Shown: one piece after another, positions 17,064 to 31,175 of the stretch
Position numbering within the stretch: the stretch's first letter is position 1
How the letters are laid out: each line of letters opens with the position of its first letter
Assembly: GCF_009914755.1 (NCBI RefSeq)
Contig: NC_060926.1
DNA from: the human T2T-CHM13v2.0 reference genome, Homo sapiens
DNA: 64,000 bases
Direction: 5' to 3' (one strand)
Translations under genes and position numbers: made by a program
The notes under the pieces: generated by a model
Databases searched by the model: none
What the model saw: only the letters and a program-made list of their open reading frames with translations
What the model was told of the DNA's origin: nothing

Positions 17064-19109
17064 CTCTGGAGGCAGAGAGCAAGGCATTCCTGAACTCCAT
17101 GTGTTTCCTCTGTTGGACAGAAGCCTTCATCGGGCCCTGCACCATTGTCCCCATCATGTTCTTCTGAATCCCACAGGACAGAGGAGGCGGAGCTATCAAC
17201 CACAGTATTTTGATCGCTTTTCGTTGAATCTTTGTTTTTGATAAATAGGACTACCCCTCCCCATTTATTTTGTTTATTAGTGGCTGTGGTGCATTTTAAA
17301 AATATTCACTTATAAAAATTGCCACTTCTTGAAGTTATTTCCTTTACTCAGGCTAAAGAGATTTCATTGGTTTGAAGATCTAGGTAATGACTCCAAGGAT
17401 TGAGAGAACTCCCCCGCCCCAACCCAGCTGCAGACCTAAGTATCATGTTGGTTGTGATCCAGATTTATAACCATGTTTTTATATTTCCCTTCATATCCGA
17501 GACTAATAATACATGCATGTGTACACCAAGATAGACAGCATTATGTAATAAAGGATAGCAATTATTATATATACATTTGCAATATGTATGGGATAGTAAA
17601 AATGATCAAAATGACCATACGCTGTAGCAATTTCTAGCTCTAGCTAATGCTTGTCATTTAAGGCTTATGTAATCACACTCAACATTCGCCTTCACTCTTG
17701 GAGTGCCTTTAGCACACCTGCTGATATTATCATGTAAGATATTATGTTTAATAATAAAAATAAGGGGAAAGGTATTAAATGGGAGAAGAAACCAATTAAT
17801 AATGAACAAAACACAAGCTTACTTTTATTGCACTTTTATAGACATTATCCTTAGTGCTAAGGGGTTTACAGGAAGACTATTCAAAGTAGCTCAGAATTGA
17901 GCTTTTGGGTCAGAGTCAGCGACTCAGCATAGAGTTTGTCATCTAGTCTATAAGGTCCTCAGAGATGCAAATTGTAACTAGGGAATAAGGATTGCTTCAT
18001 TTTGATAGTCTGTGCTCATTGACTGCATATAAATGTTGTGTCAGAAGGAATTAATGGGCTGGGTGATTTGATGAACTCTTTCCTTCTAATTCTATTCTCA
18101 GCCAGGAGTCAGAATAATAAAGATAAAATATCTACTAAGGTCCAAAGCCTCTTTCCTATGTTTCCTCCTGTTATGGCTCACCTGATTGTTTACCATGGTT
18201 TCTAGGGAAGATATACTGAAAACAGCAGAGTTTTGAGTATTTACTGACTCATAGGCATGAAGATGGCCCAGGACAACTGACACAGTGTTCAATTTTTACA
18301 TATAGAGTGACACCAAATCTCCAAGTTCTGGAGTATACCCAGGCTGTGTCACTTCTCTCCTTACTTGACCTGATTTATGTAACTACTTCTTCAATTCAAG
18401 AAACTTCCCCAAGCTGCAAAGCCTCCTATATTCTCACAGGTTTCACCCAGTCATCATTTCCAAGTCTTGGTCTAGTTATTTTGTGTTTTACCTGCCTCTG
18501 TCTAATGCATTCTAAATCTGCCTCTGTCTAACTCTGAAGTTCTCTGGGTTTTCATTTGATTGTGGGTCAGACTGGACAGAGTAGTTTGATGCAAGCATAT
18601 AAACATAAAAGAGGGAAGCTCTGTCCCCAGGGCATATGAGAGGAATAAAAAATGACCCTAAGCAGATTAAGCCATAGAAGCTTCATTTTTTATTTTATTT
18701 TTTCCTCACCGAAGACTCCATAGATATACTTCAGTTTCATCAGATTTATTGTTTTGATAGTTTTTCAAGCTTCCAAAATGTTCTAATATTTTCCCAAGCC
18801 AAACTTGTTCCTACAGGAAAATTTGAGCATTCTGGTAAAATTATTATTTAGAATAGTCCTAGTGAGTTGATTGCAGAAACCACAGTACAAAGGAGATAGG
18901 GTCACCTTTGTTCAAAATATTATCTTCACTTTCTGCTTTACTGACTGTGCCAGGAAGAACCCAGTAGTTCTACAGTTGATTAACACTGAGATTTTCCTGA
19001 CACCAGTTTTCAGGCTTTTGAACACCTTAGATTCTACAACACTTAATTCCATGACTGAGAAAAAGCATTCCAGCGGGAATAGAAAGGAAAATATTCATCT
19101 TTTGCTATT

Positions 19110-19330
19110 TTAGGAATCATATTCACATTCAAAGCACTTTCGAACACATTTCCTTTCAGAAATCTTCCACATTTTCCTCAGGGGCCTGCAAGTGTTTTTA
19201 ATCCCAATTTTACAGATGAAGAACCTGAAACCCAAGGTTAAGTGACTTTCTTGCAGCAGCTCTGGGAGCCAATGTCAAGGTCAGACTTCCATCATCTACG
19301 TGTGATTGCTCAGACCACTCAGCCACGACG
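19110..19330 (-). mobile_element. MIR
   Basis: atcccaattttacagatgaagaacctgaaacccaaggttaagtgactt matches reverse MIR core. Confidence 0.75.
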
Positions 19331-19849
19331 CTTTTGGGGCATAACACAAATGCTTGGAAAATGGTTTTAACTGTTGTTAGGAACACAAACATTCTGAACT
19401 GTGTTCTGGGTCAAAATGGACTTTTCAAAATGCCTGAAAAATGTGGGAATAGTGAAGACAGAGTGATTGCTGCTTTATTTAGCTAAGATTGCTACGACAG
19501 TCAGTAATTTTGTTGGTTAATTTACTCATCATTTATATCTTCATGCGTTCATTCAACAAGCATTTTTTTGCAAGCAATAAATGTATTATGAGTTTAGTTT
19601 CAAATATGTGCACATATAACTGTCATACATGTATGACACATTTTCATAGCTATTATTTGTAGTAATTATTTAGTGTTAATTATCTGGTAAATGAATCACA
19701 TATATTATCACATATATTCAAGCATATATCATCTCATTTAAGCATTAAGAAATGATGCTTAAAGATTTTATTGTTGCATTTTTATAGGTGAGAAAGTTTC
19801 CAAATCATACAGCAGCTGACTTTGTGAGTCAATATTCAAACCTAGGTTG

Positions 19850-20045
19850 GTGTTGGAAAGAAGCATGGATTTTTGTATCAGAAGATCCTGAATTCCAACT
19901 ATAGTATCTTAGCTTACTAAGCTGGTTACATATAGTGTTACTTCAACTCTGTGAGTTCAAATTTCCTTTCACTGAAAGTGAACATTTTAATGACTAATAC
20001 TGTTGTACAATCATATGAGATTCTTGTAAAAATTAAGGAAAATGT
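19850..20045 (+). mobile_element. MIR remnant
   Basis: gaaagaagcatggattttt...gttacttcaactctgtgagttcaaatttcct. Confidence 0.5.
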
Positions 20046-20169
20046 GTTTTTAGTTTTTAATATTTTTTCCCAGTAAGTTAAGGCCTTCCTCCTAAAAAAT
20101 ACCTTAAAATGTTTGAGTAAATCTATTTTTAGAAAAATCTTAAAAGTGCAGGTGATTTGGTAAGTAAAT

Positions 20170-20493
20170 ACAGGTTTAGTATCCCCTATCCAAAATACTT
20201 GAAACCAGATGTATTTTAGATTTCAGATTTTGTTGGATTTGGGAATATTTTCATATCCATAATAAGATGTCTTGGGGATGAGACCCAAGTCTACGCACAA
20301 AATTCATATTTTTTTATATACACCTTATACACACAACCTGAAGGTAATTTTATACAGTATTTTAAATAACTCTATGCATGAAACAAAGTTTTGACTACAA
20401 CCTATTATGTTAGGTTAGGTGTGGAATTTAACACATGGTATCATACCAGTGCTCAAAAAGTTTTGGATTTTTGGATTAGAGATTATCAGCCTC
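20170..20493. mobile_element. Tigger4/MER46 (Zombi)-type non-autonomous TcMar DNA transposon
   Basis: Begins ta-caggtttagtatcccctatccaaaatactt; ends tttggatttttggattagagattatcagcct (degenerate inverted terminus). Confidence 0.75.
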
Positions 20494-21434
20494 TAGGAAC
20501 CTTTCAGAACAACGACCAAGTAAAGACAGAACTCTAGAATGACAAGCTGAATTCACTGTTGGCTTTCACTTCAAGCCACGTAGTTGAGACTTGGTCTTAA
20601 CAGATTCACGGGGAAACAGAGCCGATGAGTAAATCTATGTCCTATACACAGTAGAATATCCAAGGAGAAACCGTCTTAAATAAAATGATGAGAATAAAGA
20701 GTTACACTTCATTAAAATTATGAACTAAACACATTCCCAAATGAAAGTAAACAACATGAAAATATAATATTTTGAGAAAGAATTGGGGGGGTAAAATGTG
20801 ACCAAGAATTTGAAACGAATTGTTTACAGCTTGGATGGCTAAAGATCTTCCAAGCTGAAATTTTAATTTGAGTAATCTTAATTAGTGTGACCCTACGCAC
20901 TGACAAGAAAAAAATATCAAAACTTTCTAGATCAAAATAATTTCATTCTAGGTCACAAAATGTAAAACAGAAATAGGTAACATACAATAAAAAGTAACTA
21001 TGTCCACAAGGAAATAAAAAACGCCATGCAAGAAAACCAACAGAAACAAAAGAAAAGGAATGTTGAACCATAAGTATTTCAAATACGGCTCTGTTAAATG
21101 TGCACACGGAAAAAAAAAATGTGTGCTTCAAAGTATATGAAACAAGAAACTACAAAGAAGAAGTTGATTGGAAAAATAATCAACATGATTACCAGAAATT
21201 AACTAAGAGCATAATTACAACTAATACTCCATAAATTGGTAGATTTTGAGAATGTTAGGTTAGCCTTCCCAAATATAATAATTATAAAATCTAAGTAAAC
21301 ATTTTTAAAGCCCTATTTGATAGAACTGGAGATTAACTAAGACAGTAGTAGACTTTTGAAAGGAGAAATCAGGCAGGTGCGATTTACAACTTTGTGTTTT
21401 TTGCCTTAGTACACAGGCTATAGAAAACTACTGT

Positions 21435-21755
21435 GGCCGGGCGCGGTGGCTCACGTCTGTAATCCCAGCACTTTGGGAGGCCGAGGCGGGCGGATCACTA
21501 GGTCAGGAAATCGAGATCATCCTGGCTAACTTGGTGAAACCCCATCTCTACTAAAAATACAAAAAAAAAAAAAAAAAAATAGCCGGGCGTAGTGGCGGGC
21601 GCCTGTAGTCCCAGCTACTCAGGAGGCTGAGGCAGGAGAATGGCGTGAACCCGGGGGGCGGAGCTTGCAGTGAGCCGAGATCGCGCCACTGCACTCCAGC
21701 CTGGGCGATAGAGGGAGACTCCGTCTCAAAAAAAAAAAAAAACAAAAACAAAAAC
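21435..21755 (+). mobile_element. AluY, CpG-rich and low divergence
   Basis: Near-consensus Y dimer. TSD aaaactactgt at 21424-21434 and 21756-21766. Confidence 0.97.
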
Positions 21756-22314
21756 AAAACTACTGTTTTACTGGTTTGAAGTATCAGAGGACAATTTATG
21801 GCTTTCAGAATGGCCAGAAAATCAACAGGATTGGAGATCCTAGAAAGGAATCAACCATACAGAGATTGGGCCTCCAAAATCCGATGATAAAATCCACTTA
21901 TCAAATCATTTGCTGATTGTTAAATTATGCATGCCTAGGAGTGACGACACAGAGCCCAGCATAAAGAAACTAAAGAATAAAAAAACTGAAGAGAGATTTC
22001 AGCTGTTGGTTATTGCAGGTAAGACAGAGTTTGGAACTTAAATCAAGTTAAATTAATTACCCTGTAGAACATTAACAACTAGAGAATTCTTTATCAGAGA
22101 AACACACCAGAACCTATAGTATCTAAAACATATCTAATATGACATCAAAAAGTATAAAGCACGCAAAGAGATGGGAAATATGACAAAAGAGTAATTTTTA
22201 TAAAGACAATAGGCATCAGTCTCATGAAGATCCAAATTAGTAGTTAGCAGATCACAACTAGAAAGCAGCTACTAGAAACATATTCTAGAACTTAAGAAAG
22301 ATATATGTTTAATT

Positions 22315-22600
22315 AGCCAACGTGTAGTGACTCACACCTATAATCTTAGCACTTTGGAAAACTGAGGCAGGAGGATTGCTTGAGCCCAGTAACTCAAAAT
22401 CAGTCTGAGCAACATAATGAGACCCCATCTCTACACCCCACCGCCAAAAAAAATCATAAAAATTAGCCAGGCACAGTGACACACACTTCTAGTCCTAGTT
22501 ACTCAGGAAGTTGGAGCAATGAGGCTCATCTGAGCCTAGGAGTTTGAGGTTACAGTGAGCTATGATTATGACATTGCACTCTAGCCTGGGAAACAGGGTA
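22315..22600 (+). mobile_element. AluJ, degraded and lacking a tail
   Basis: ggaggattgcttgagccca..., gagcctaggagtttgaggttacagtgagctatgatt. Confidence 0.85.
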
Positions 22601-23714
22601 ATATTTTTTTAAAATTAAAGATATATGTGTAATTAATGTATAGGTAGAGAATATCAATAGAGACTTGGAAATGTATATTAAAAAAACGAACTGGAAGTTT
22701 CATAACTGACATGCTAAATTTTTAAAAAGTTAACAAATAATTTTAACAGAAGATTTAAACGGCAAAAAGAGAGCCACGATTATTAAGATAAATCAAAAGA
22801 AATTATCTAACATGAAAAACAAAACACAGGAAAAAATATAGATGAAAGAAAAGCCCCAGTGTGCTTCAGGACAAGATCAAATTATTAGATTGTGTATGTT
22901 GAGTCTTAGAAGAGCGATAGAATAAAGCAGAAAAAAAGTGATTAAAAATATATTCTACAACTTCCCAATATTGATGAAATATATCAACTTAAAGAGCCAA
23001 GAAAAAAAATATGTACTTCAAAGAGCAAAATATGATAAAATTAAAAACAAAACCAACTCACATCTAGTTATATCCATGAAGTCCAGGCATTAAGAGGACA
23101 TCTTGAAAGTGGCCTAAGGAAATACAGCAATTACATACAGGAAACAATGATACAAGTGATGGCTAAAACCCACTGGAAATTATGCAGGCCATCAAATGTT
23201 GAAACAGCATCTCGAAAGTGATGAAAGTAAAAGTAAAACAGTCAACCTAGATTTTCATACACAGTAAAACTGAATTAGAGGGTGAAATAATAATATTTCA
23301 AAAAGAAAAACAGAATTTATTACTAGCAGTCAAGAATTACTAGAAATGTTAAAAAAATTACTCAAAATAAATAATTTTACAGAAAAAAGTTACTAGGTGA
23401 TAAACTCAAATTTACTAGAAATAATAAAGAATAAAATAAATATTAAATATATTTGAAATATTTAAGTGTCTCTCTTCATACATAAACATATATATTTCCT
23501 TTTTATTTTTTAATTTTTTTAAGCCTATGACTGTATTAGTGTTTAAAGCAAAAATATTTGTACTATATTTTGAGGTTTATAATGCATGTCCATGCCATAT
23601 ATATGCATATTTGGTGAAAAACTTTCAGTTCTTCAAAATTGAGTAAGAAACTGTTATCTGTGGGGTTTTTATATAGGACCTTTATCATATTGAAGAAAGT
23701 TCCTCCTATTCCTA

Positions 23715-24453
<739 letters not shown>

Positions 24454-24552
24454 AAAAGTGAGTTGAATTTTGCTTTTTCTGTATCAATTGAGATTGAGAT
24501 AATTATGATCATTAAAAATATACACATACACACGCACACAGACACATACACA

Positions 24553-24925
24553 CTGAGTTGACCCTTTAACAGCATAGATTTGGAGTGCATAGGCCGAATT
24601 ATACATAGATTTTCTTCCACCTCTGCCATCCCAGAAACAGCACGACCAAACCCTCCTCTTCCTCCTTCTCTTCAGCCAACTCAGTGTGAAGCCAATGAGA
24701 ATCAGGATCTTTATGATGATCCATTTACACTTAATAGTAAATATACCCTTTATGATTTTCTTAATATTATTTTCTTTTTTGTAGCTCACTTTATTCATAT
24801 ACATATGAAATATGTGTTAATTGACTATGTTTGGTCAATAGTAGACTATTATTAGTTAAATTTTAGGGAGTTAAAATTATCCATAGATTTTGGACTTTAT
24901 GGAGAGTCAGTGCCCCTAACAAATT
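24553..24925 (+). mobile_element. Tigger2a (MER28)-type non-autonomous DNA transposon
   Basis: gttgaccctttaacagcat...ttccacctctgccatcccagaaacagca...ctttatgatgatccatttacacttaat...gtcagtgcccctaac. Confidence 0.8.
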
Positions 24926-24949
24926 GAATTCAACAATATACCAATTAGA

Positions 24950-26582
24950 TTGGAGTATATAACCAAGTGGGATCTATTCTTGGAAATACAAGAATAATTC
25001 AACATAAAGACAGATATAGATACAATGCAATAAAACAGAAAGCTCAGAAATAAAATATTTTATATATGGTGAAATAATTTCAGACGTGAGTGCCAAGACT
25101 ATTTAATGGAAAGATCACAGTCTTTTGAGAAAGTGGCATTGGGAAAGGTTGTTATTCACATACAAGAGAATGAAGTTGAACCCTTTATACATATATAAAA
25201 TTGACTAAAGCTGGATAAAAGAGCTAAACATAACAGCTAGAGCTATGGAACTCAGAAGAAAACAAAGAAGAAAAACCTTTGAGAAACTGGATTTTGCAAT
25301 GATTAGTTGAATATGACAACAAAAGCACAGGCAAAAACATCATAAATTGAAAATCAAATTTAAAACTTTTCTACATCAAAGGGCACTACCAACAAAGTAA
25401 AATGGCAACTCATGAAGTGGAAAAATATTTGCAAATTATATATCTAATAAGTGATTAATATAAAGAATATGTAAATAACTTTTACAACTCAATAACTAAA
25501 AACCAAAAATACTAATTAAAAAATGGGAAAAGGAGGGCTGGGCGCCGTGGTCACACCTGTAATCCCAGCACTTTGGGAGGCCAAGGCGGCGGATCACGAG
25601 GTCAGGAAATCGAGATCATCCTGGCTAACAGGGTGAAACCCTGTCCTACTAAAAATACAAAAAAAAAAAAAAAAAAAAAAAAAAATTAGCCAGGCGTGGT
25701 GGTGGGCGCCTGTAGTCCCAGCTACTCAGGAGGTTGAGGCAGGAGAAAGGCAGGAGAATGGCCTGAACCCAGGAGGCGGAGCTTGCAGTGAGCCCAGATT
25801 GTGCCACTGCACTCCAGCCTGGGCGACAGAGCGAGACTCTGACTCAAAAAAAAAAAAAAAAATTAAAAATGGGCAAAGGACTTGGAAAGACATTTCTCAA
25901 AAGGCAATGTCCAATTGGCCAATAGGCTCATGAAGGGCAAAGCATCACTAACCATTAGGGAAATGCAAATCAAAACCACAAAGAGATACCATTGTATATC
26001 CATTATGGAGGCTGTGGCTAAACAACAACAACAACAAAAAAAACCCTGAAAATTACTAATCATGAGAATGTAGAGAAATGGTGGAATTTGCATTGCTGTT
26101 AGGAATGTAAATGTTGCAGCTGCTACTGACAAAAAGTAGGAAACATTCTCCAAAGAGTAACCATAAAATTAGTGTATAATCCATCAATTACACTTTTGAG
26201 CATATACCCCCCAAAATTGAAAGCAATAACTAGAATAGATATCTGTACACTTGTGTTCTTAGCAGCATTATTCACCATAGCCAAAACATGGGAAAAAAAA
26301 ACCCCAAAAATATATGAATAGATGAATGTATAAACAAAATGGATGTACATTATTATTATTAAGGGAATATTATTCAGTTTTGAAAAGACAGAAAATTGTG
26401 ACACATGCTTCCACATGGATTATCCTTGAAGAAATCATGCTAGGTGAATTAAGCCAGTCACAAAAGAACATATATTATATGACTATACTGTATGGGGCAC
26501 ATAGAGTAGTCAAATTCACAAAGACAGAAAGTGAAATGGTGAATTCTAGGTACTTGGTGGAAAGGGATATAAGGAGCTATAT
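24950..26582 (+). mobile_element. L1M (L1MB-like) 3' ORF2 and partial 3'UTR, interrupted by AluY
   Basis: aaaatgggcaaaggacttg..., attagggaaatgcaaatcaaaaccaca, ccacatggattatccttgaagaaatcatgctaggtgaattaagccagtcacaaaag. Confidence 0.85.
25536..25860 (+). mobile_element. AluY
   Basis: Y diagnostics present. TSD aattaaaaa(a)tggg(a/c)aaagga at 25514-25534 and 25861-25880. Confidence 0.95.
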
Positions 26583-27700
26583 GACTTAAATGTGAAACCC
26601 AAAACTATAAAAACCATAATAGACTACCTAAGCAATACCATCCTGGGCAAAGGAACTGGCAAAGATTTTAAGACAAAGATATGAAAAGTGATTACAATGA
26701 AAACAAAAGTTGAAAATGAGACCTAATTGAAGAGCTCTGAACAGCAAAAGAAACTCCCAAGAGAGTAAACAGACAAACTTACAGAACAAGAAAAAAAAAT
26801 TGTAAACTATGCATCTGACAGAGGTCTAATTCCACCACCTATAAGGAAGCTAACTAAGTTTATAAGAAAAAAAAAACCTCATTAAAAAGTGGGCAAAGAA
26901 CATGAACAGACACTTTTCAAAAGTAAACATACATGCAACCAACAAGCATATGAAAAAAAAGCTCAGTATCACTGATCATTAGATAAATGCAAATCAAAGA
27001 TACAATGTGATACCATCTCACACCAGTCGGAATGGCTATTACTAAAAAGGCAAAAAATAACAAATGCTGGTGAGGTTGTGGAGAAACAAAAATGTTGATA
27101 TGCTGTTGATGGGAGTGTAAATTTGTTCAACCACTGTGGAAAGCAGTGTGGTGATTCCTCAAAGACGTAAAAACAGAACGAGCATTTGACCCAGCAATCT
27201 CATTACTGAGTATATACCCAAAGGAATATAAATCATTCTATGATAAAGACACATGCATATGTATGTTTATTGCAGCACTACACACAATAGCAAAGACAAG
27301 GAATCAATCTAAATGCCCATTAGTGGAAGACTGGATAAAACATCATAGTACATGTATACTATAGAATATTATGCAGCCATAAAAGAAGAACGAGAACACG
27401 TCTTTTGCAGGGGCAGGGATGGAGCTGGAGGTCATTAACCTTAGCAAACTAATGCAGAAACAGAAAACCAAATACCACATGTTTTCACTTATAAGTGGGA
27501 GCTAAGTAATGAGAACACATGGACATAAAGAGGAAGAGGTGGAAGGTAGGAGAAGGGAGAGGGGTAGAAAAAATAACTATTGGGTATGAAACTTAACACC
27601 TGGATGACAAAATAATCTGTATATAACCCCCCATGACTCATTTACTTATATAACAAACCTGTACGTATACCACTGAACCTAACATAAAAGTTAAAAAAAA
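26583..27700 (+). mobile_element. L1 (old L1PA/L1PB-like) 3' ~1.1 kb with 3'UTR and A tail
   Basis: aactatgcatctgacagaggtcta, taccatctcacaccagtcggaatggctatta, cacttataagtgggagctaag, ends ctgaacctaacataaaagttaaaaaaaa. Confidence 0.9.
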
Positions 27701-27719
27701 CCCAGAACTATGTTATTGT

Positions 27720-29105
27720 TCAGTAATTACATTAAGTGTAAATTGGTTAAACTTACAATTAAATAATCTAGCCCAAGTGTATGCTTTCTAAAAGAGACTG
27801 ACTTAAATGACACACATAGATTCAAAAACAAGTTATTGACAAATATATTTTGTGCAAATAGTAAGCAAAACAAAGGCTGATGTGGCTGTACTAATATCGG
27901 AAAAGAAATGAACTCAAAATTGTTATGAGACAAAGAAGGATTTTATTAATTGACAAAAGGGTCAATATAACAGTTATAAAAGAAAGGTGCAAAACAGCAG
28001 AGCCACAAAATATGTGTGTTAAACATTGAAGGAATGAAAGCAGAGAAAGGCAGGTCTACAATAACAGATTGAGACTTCAATAACACACTTGCAATAATGA
28101 ATATGACAGAAGATGATTATAGAAATAGAAGACAGAAACAACAGATGAACAAAACTAGATAAACAGACAAGTAGAGAGCACACTGCTCAACAACAGTGGA
28201 ACATATATTCTTTTCAAGAACACACAGCATTCTCCATAATATACAATATTAGGCCATAAAATAAGTATCAATATATTTTAAAATATTTAAATTATAAAAA
28301 TATATAATCCAAGCATAATTGAATGAAGATAGAAATCAATAACAAAATGAAAAAAATTTAAAAATTATAAATATGTGTGAATTAAACAATTCACTCTTCC
28401 ACAACAAATAAGTCAAAGAAGAAATTGCTAAAGAAATTGGAAAATACTTCTTATAAACATACATGAAAACACAACTTGTCAAAATTTATGATATGCAATG
28501 AAAGCAGTGCTTTTACAGAAATTTAAGCTGTAAATGTCTACACTAAAAAGAAAAAAAAGAGAGACCTCCAAATACTAACCTAACTCTAATGAACTAGGAA
28601 AAGAACAGCTAAATATAATCAAAGCTAACAGAAGAAATAAAATAATAAAGATCAGAGTACCGATAAATAAAATAGAGAATAGAAAAGCAATAAATCAATG
28701 AAACAAAAATTCATTTTTTATAAGATCAATGACACTGATAAATCTTTCACTAGACTGACTGAGAAAAATTATTAAAACCATACGTGAAAATGAGGATACC
28801 TTACAGGAATAAAAAGGATTATAAAAAGTACTTTAAATAATTGTAAAAAACAAGTCAGATAACCCAAGTGAAATTTTAAAAATTCTAGAAACACACATTA
28901 TAAAAAATCAACTTGAAATTGAAAGTCTTAACAGAACTACCAGTACAGAGATTGAACAAGGCATAAAAAAAATCTCACAACAAAGGAAGATCCAGAAGCA
29001 GATGGCTTCACCAGTGAATTCTAACAAACATTTAAACAACTAATAATTAATACCAATCCCTCTCAAAATCTTCCAAAAATACAAAAGGAGGAAATAATTC
29101 ATAAC
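27720..29105 (+). mobile_element. Decayed L1M ORF2 5' part (endonuclease region), cut by THE1
   Basis: gagacttcaataacacact, cattctccataatatacaatattaggccataaa, ccagaagcagatggcttcaccagtgaattcta. Confidence 0.8.
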
Positions 29106-31175
29106 TGTATTAGTCCATTTTCATGTTGATAATAAAAATATACCTAAGACTGGAAAGAAAATTAGGTTTAATGGACTCACAGTTCCACATGGCTGGAGAG
29201 GCCTCATAATCATGGCTGAAGGTGAAAGCACTTCTTACATGATGGTGGCAAGAGAGAATGAGGAAGAAGCAAAAGCAGAAACCCCTTCTTCATGAGATTT
29301 ATTCACTACCAGGAGATCAGTATGGTGGAAACCACCCCCATGATTCAATAATCTCCCACTGGGTTCCTCCCACAATATGTGGAAATTATGGGAGTACAAT
29401 TCAAGATGAGATTTGGGTGGGGCAACAAAGCCAAATCATATTACTCCTCCTTTGGCCTCTGCCAAATCTCATGCCCTCACATTTCAAAACTAATCATGCC
29501 TTCCCAACAGTCCCCTCAAAGTCTTATCTCATTTTAGCATTCACTCAAAAATCCACAGTACAAAGTCTTATCAGAGAAAAGGCACATCCCTTCTGCCTAT
29601 GAGCCTGTTAGTTACTTCCTAGATACAATGGGGTTAAAAGTATTGGGTAAATTTAGCCATTACGATGGAGAGAAATTGGCCAAAACAAAGGGGATTCAGG
29701 GCCCAAGCAAAACCAAAATCCAGCAGGGTGGTCACATTTTAAAGCTACAAAATGATAGATCGGCTCCCATGACCTTGGGCAGCTCCACCCCTGTGGCTTT
29801 GCAGGGTTTAGCCCCCCTTCTGGCTGCTCTCACAGGATGGCATTGTCTGTGGCTTTTCCAGGCACATAGTACAAGCTGTCAGTGGATCTACCATTCTGGG
29901 GTCTGGAGGATGGTGACCCTCTTCTCACAGCTCCACTAGGTAGTGCCACAGTAGGGACTCTGTGTGGGGGCTCCAACTTCACATTTCCCTTCTCCACTGC
30001 CCTAGCAGATGTTCTCCATGAGGGTCCCGCTTCTGCAGCAAACTTCTGCCAGGGCATCCAGGCATTTCCATACATCTTCTGAAATCTGGTCAGAGGTTCC
30101 CAAACCTTAATTCTTGACTTCTGTGCCTCAGCAGGCTCAACACCACATGCAAGTGGCCAAGGCTTGGGGTTTGCACCTTTGAAGCAACAGCCTGAGTTGT
30201 ACCTTGGGCCCTTTTAGCCATGGCTGGAGTGGCTGGGATACAGGGCAACAAGTCCCTAGGCTGCACAGACTTGAGGGCCCTGGGTCTGGCCCATGAAACC
30301 AGTTTTTCATCCTTGGCTTCCAGGGCTGGCATGGGAGGGCCTGCTGCTATGGTCTCTGACATGCCCTGGACACATTTTCTCCATTGTCTTGGTAATTAAC
30401 ATTTGACTCCTCATTACTTATGCAAATTTCTATAGTTGGCTTGAATTTCTCTTCAGAAAATGCGTTTTTCTTTTCTGTTGCATCATCAGACTGCACATTT
30501 TCTGAACTTTATGCTCTGTTTTTTTTTTTAACTGAATGCTTTTAACAGCACCCAAGTCACCTCTTGAATGCTTTGTTGCCTAGAAATTTCTTCCACCAGT
30601 TATCCTAAATCACCTACCTCAAGTTCAAAGTTCCACAAATCTCTAGGGCAGGGGAAAAATGCCACCAATCTCTTTGCTAAAATATAACCAGAGTCACATT
30701 CACTTCACTTCCCAACAAGTTCCTCATCTCCATCTGAGACCACCTCAGCCTGGATTTAATTATCCATATCATTGTCAGCTTTCAGGGGTCAAAGCCATTC
30801 TACAAGTCTCTAGGAAGTTCCAAACTTTCCCACATTTTTCTATCTTCTTTTGAGCTCTCCAAACTGTTCCAATGTCTGCTTGTTAGTCAATTCCAATGTC
30901 ACTTCCACATTTTCAGGTATCTTTTCAGCAGCACCCCACTCTACTGGTAACAATTTACTGTATTAGTCTATTTTCATACTGATGATAACTACATACGCAA
31001 AACTGGAAAAAAATAGGTTTAACGGACTCAGTTCTGCATGGGTGAAGAGGCCTCACAATCATGGCTGAAGGTGAAAGGCACTTCTTACGTTGTGGCAGCC
31101 AGAGAAAATGAGGAAGAAGCAGAGTGGAAACCCCTTATAAAATCATCACATTTCCTGAGACTTATTTACTGCCAT
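29106..31175 (-). mobile_element. THE1 MaLR provirus: 3' LTR 29106-29443, ~1.5 kb internal region 29444-30958, truncated 5' LTR 30959-~31175
   Basis: Both LTRs begin tgtattagtc.attttcat on + and are colinear. Internal end ccccactctactggtaacaatttac is the reverse of the THE1-int start. The internal region is more GC-rich. Confidence 0.93.

Larger units (their letters stand above)
21370..23600 (+). mobile_element. Highly decayed ancient L1 5'/ORF1 region, interrupted by two Alus
   Basis: A-rich, with ORF1-like tracts (atcaacttaaagagccaagaa, cagtcaacctagattttcatacacagtaaaact, gaatttattactagcag). Confidence 0.55.

Noticed and set aside
16921-17241. Overlapping ORFs with CV/HT runs and an acidic stretch
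   Set aside because: Translations across the (CA)15; no recognisable protein or matching splice signals.
17905-17932. MARE/ARE-like gagtcagcgactcagca
   Set aside because: Imperfect match (lacks the T of TGAC) within a probable MIR remnant; insufficient on its own.
29258-30853. Cluster of ORFs in a GC-richer segment
   Set aside because: THE1 LTR and internal sequence; GC content explains the open frames.
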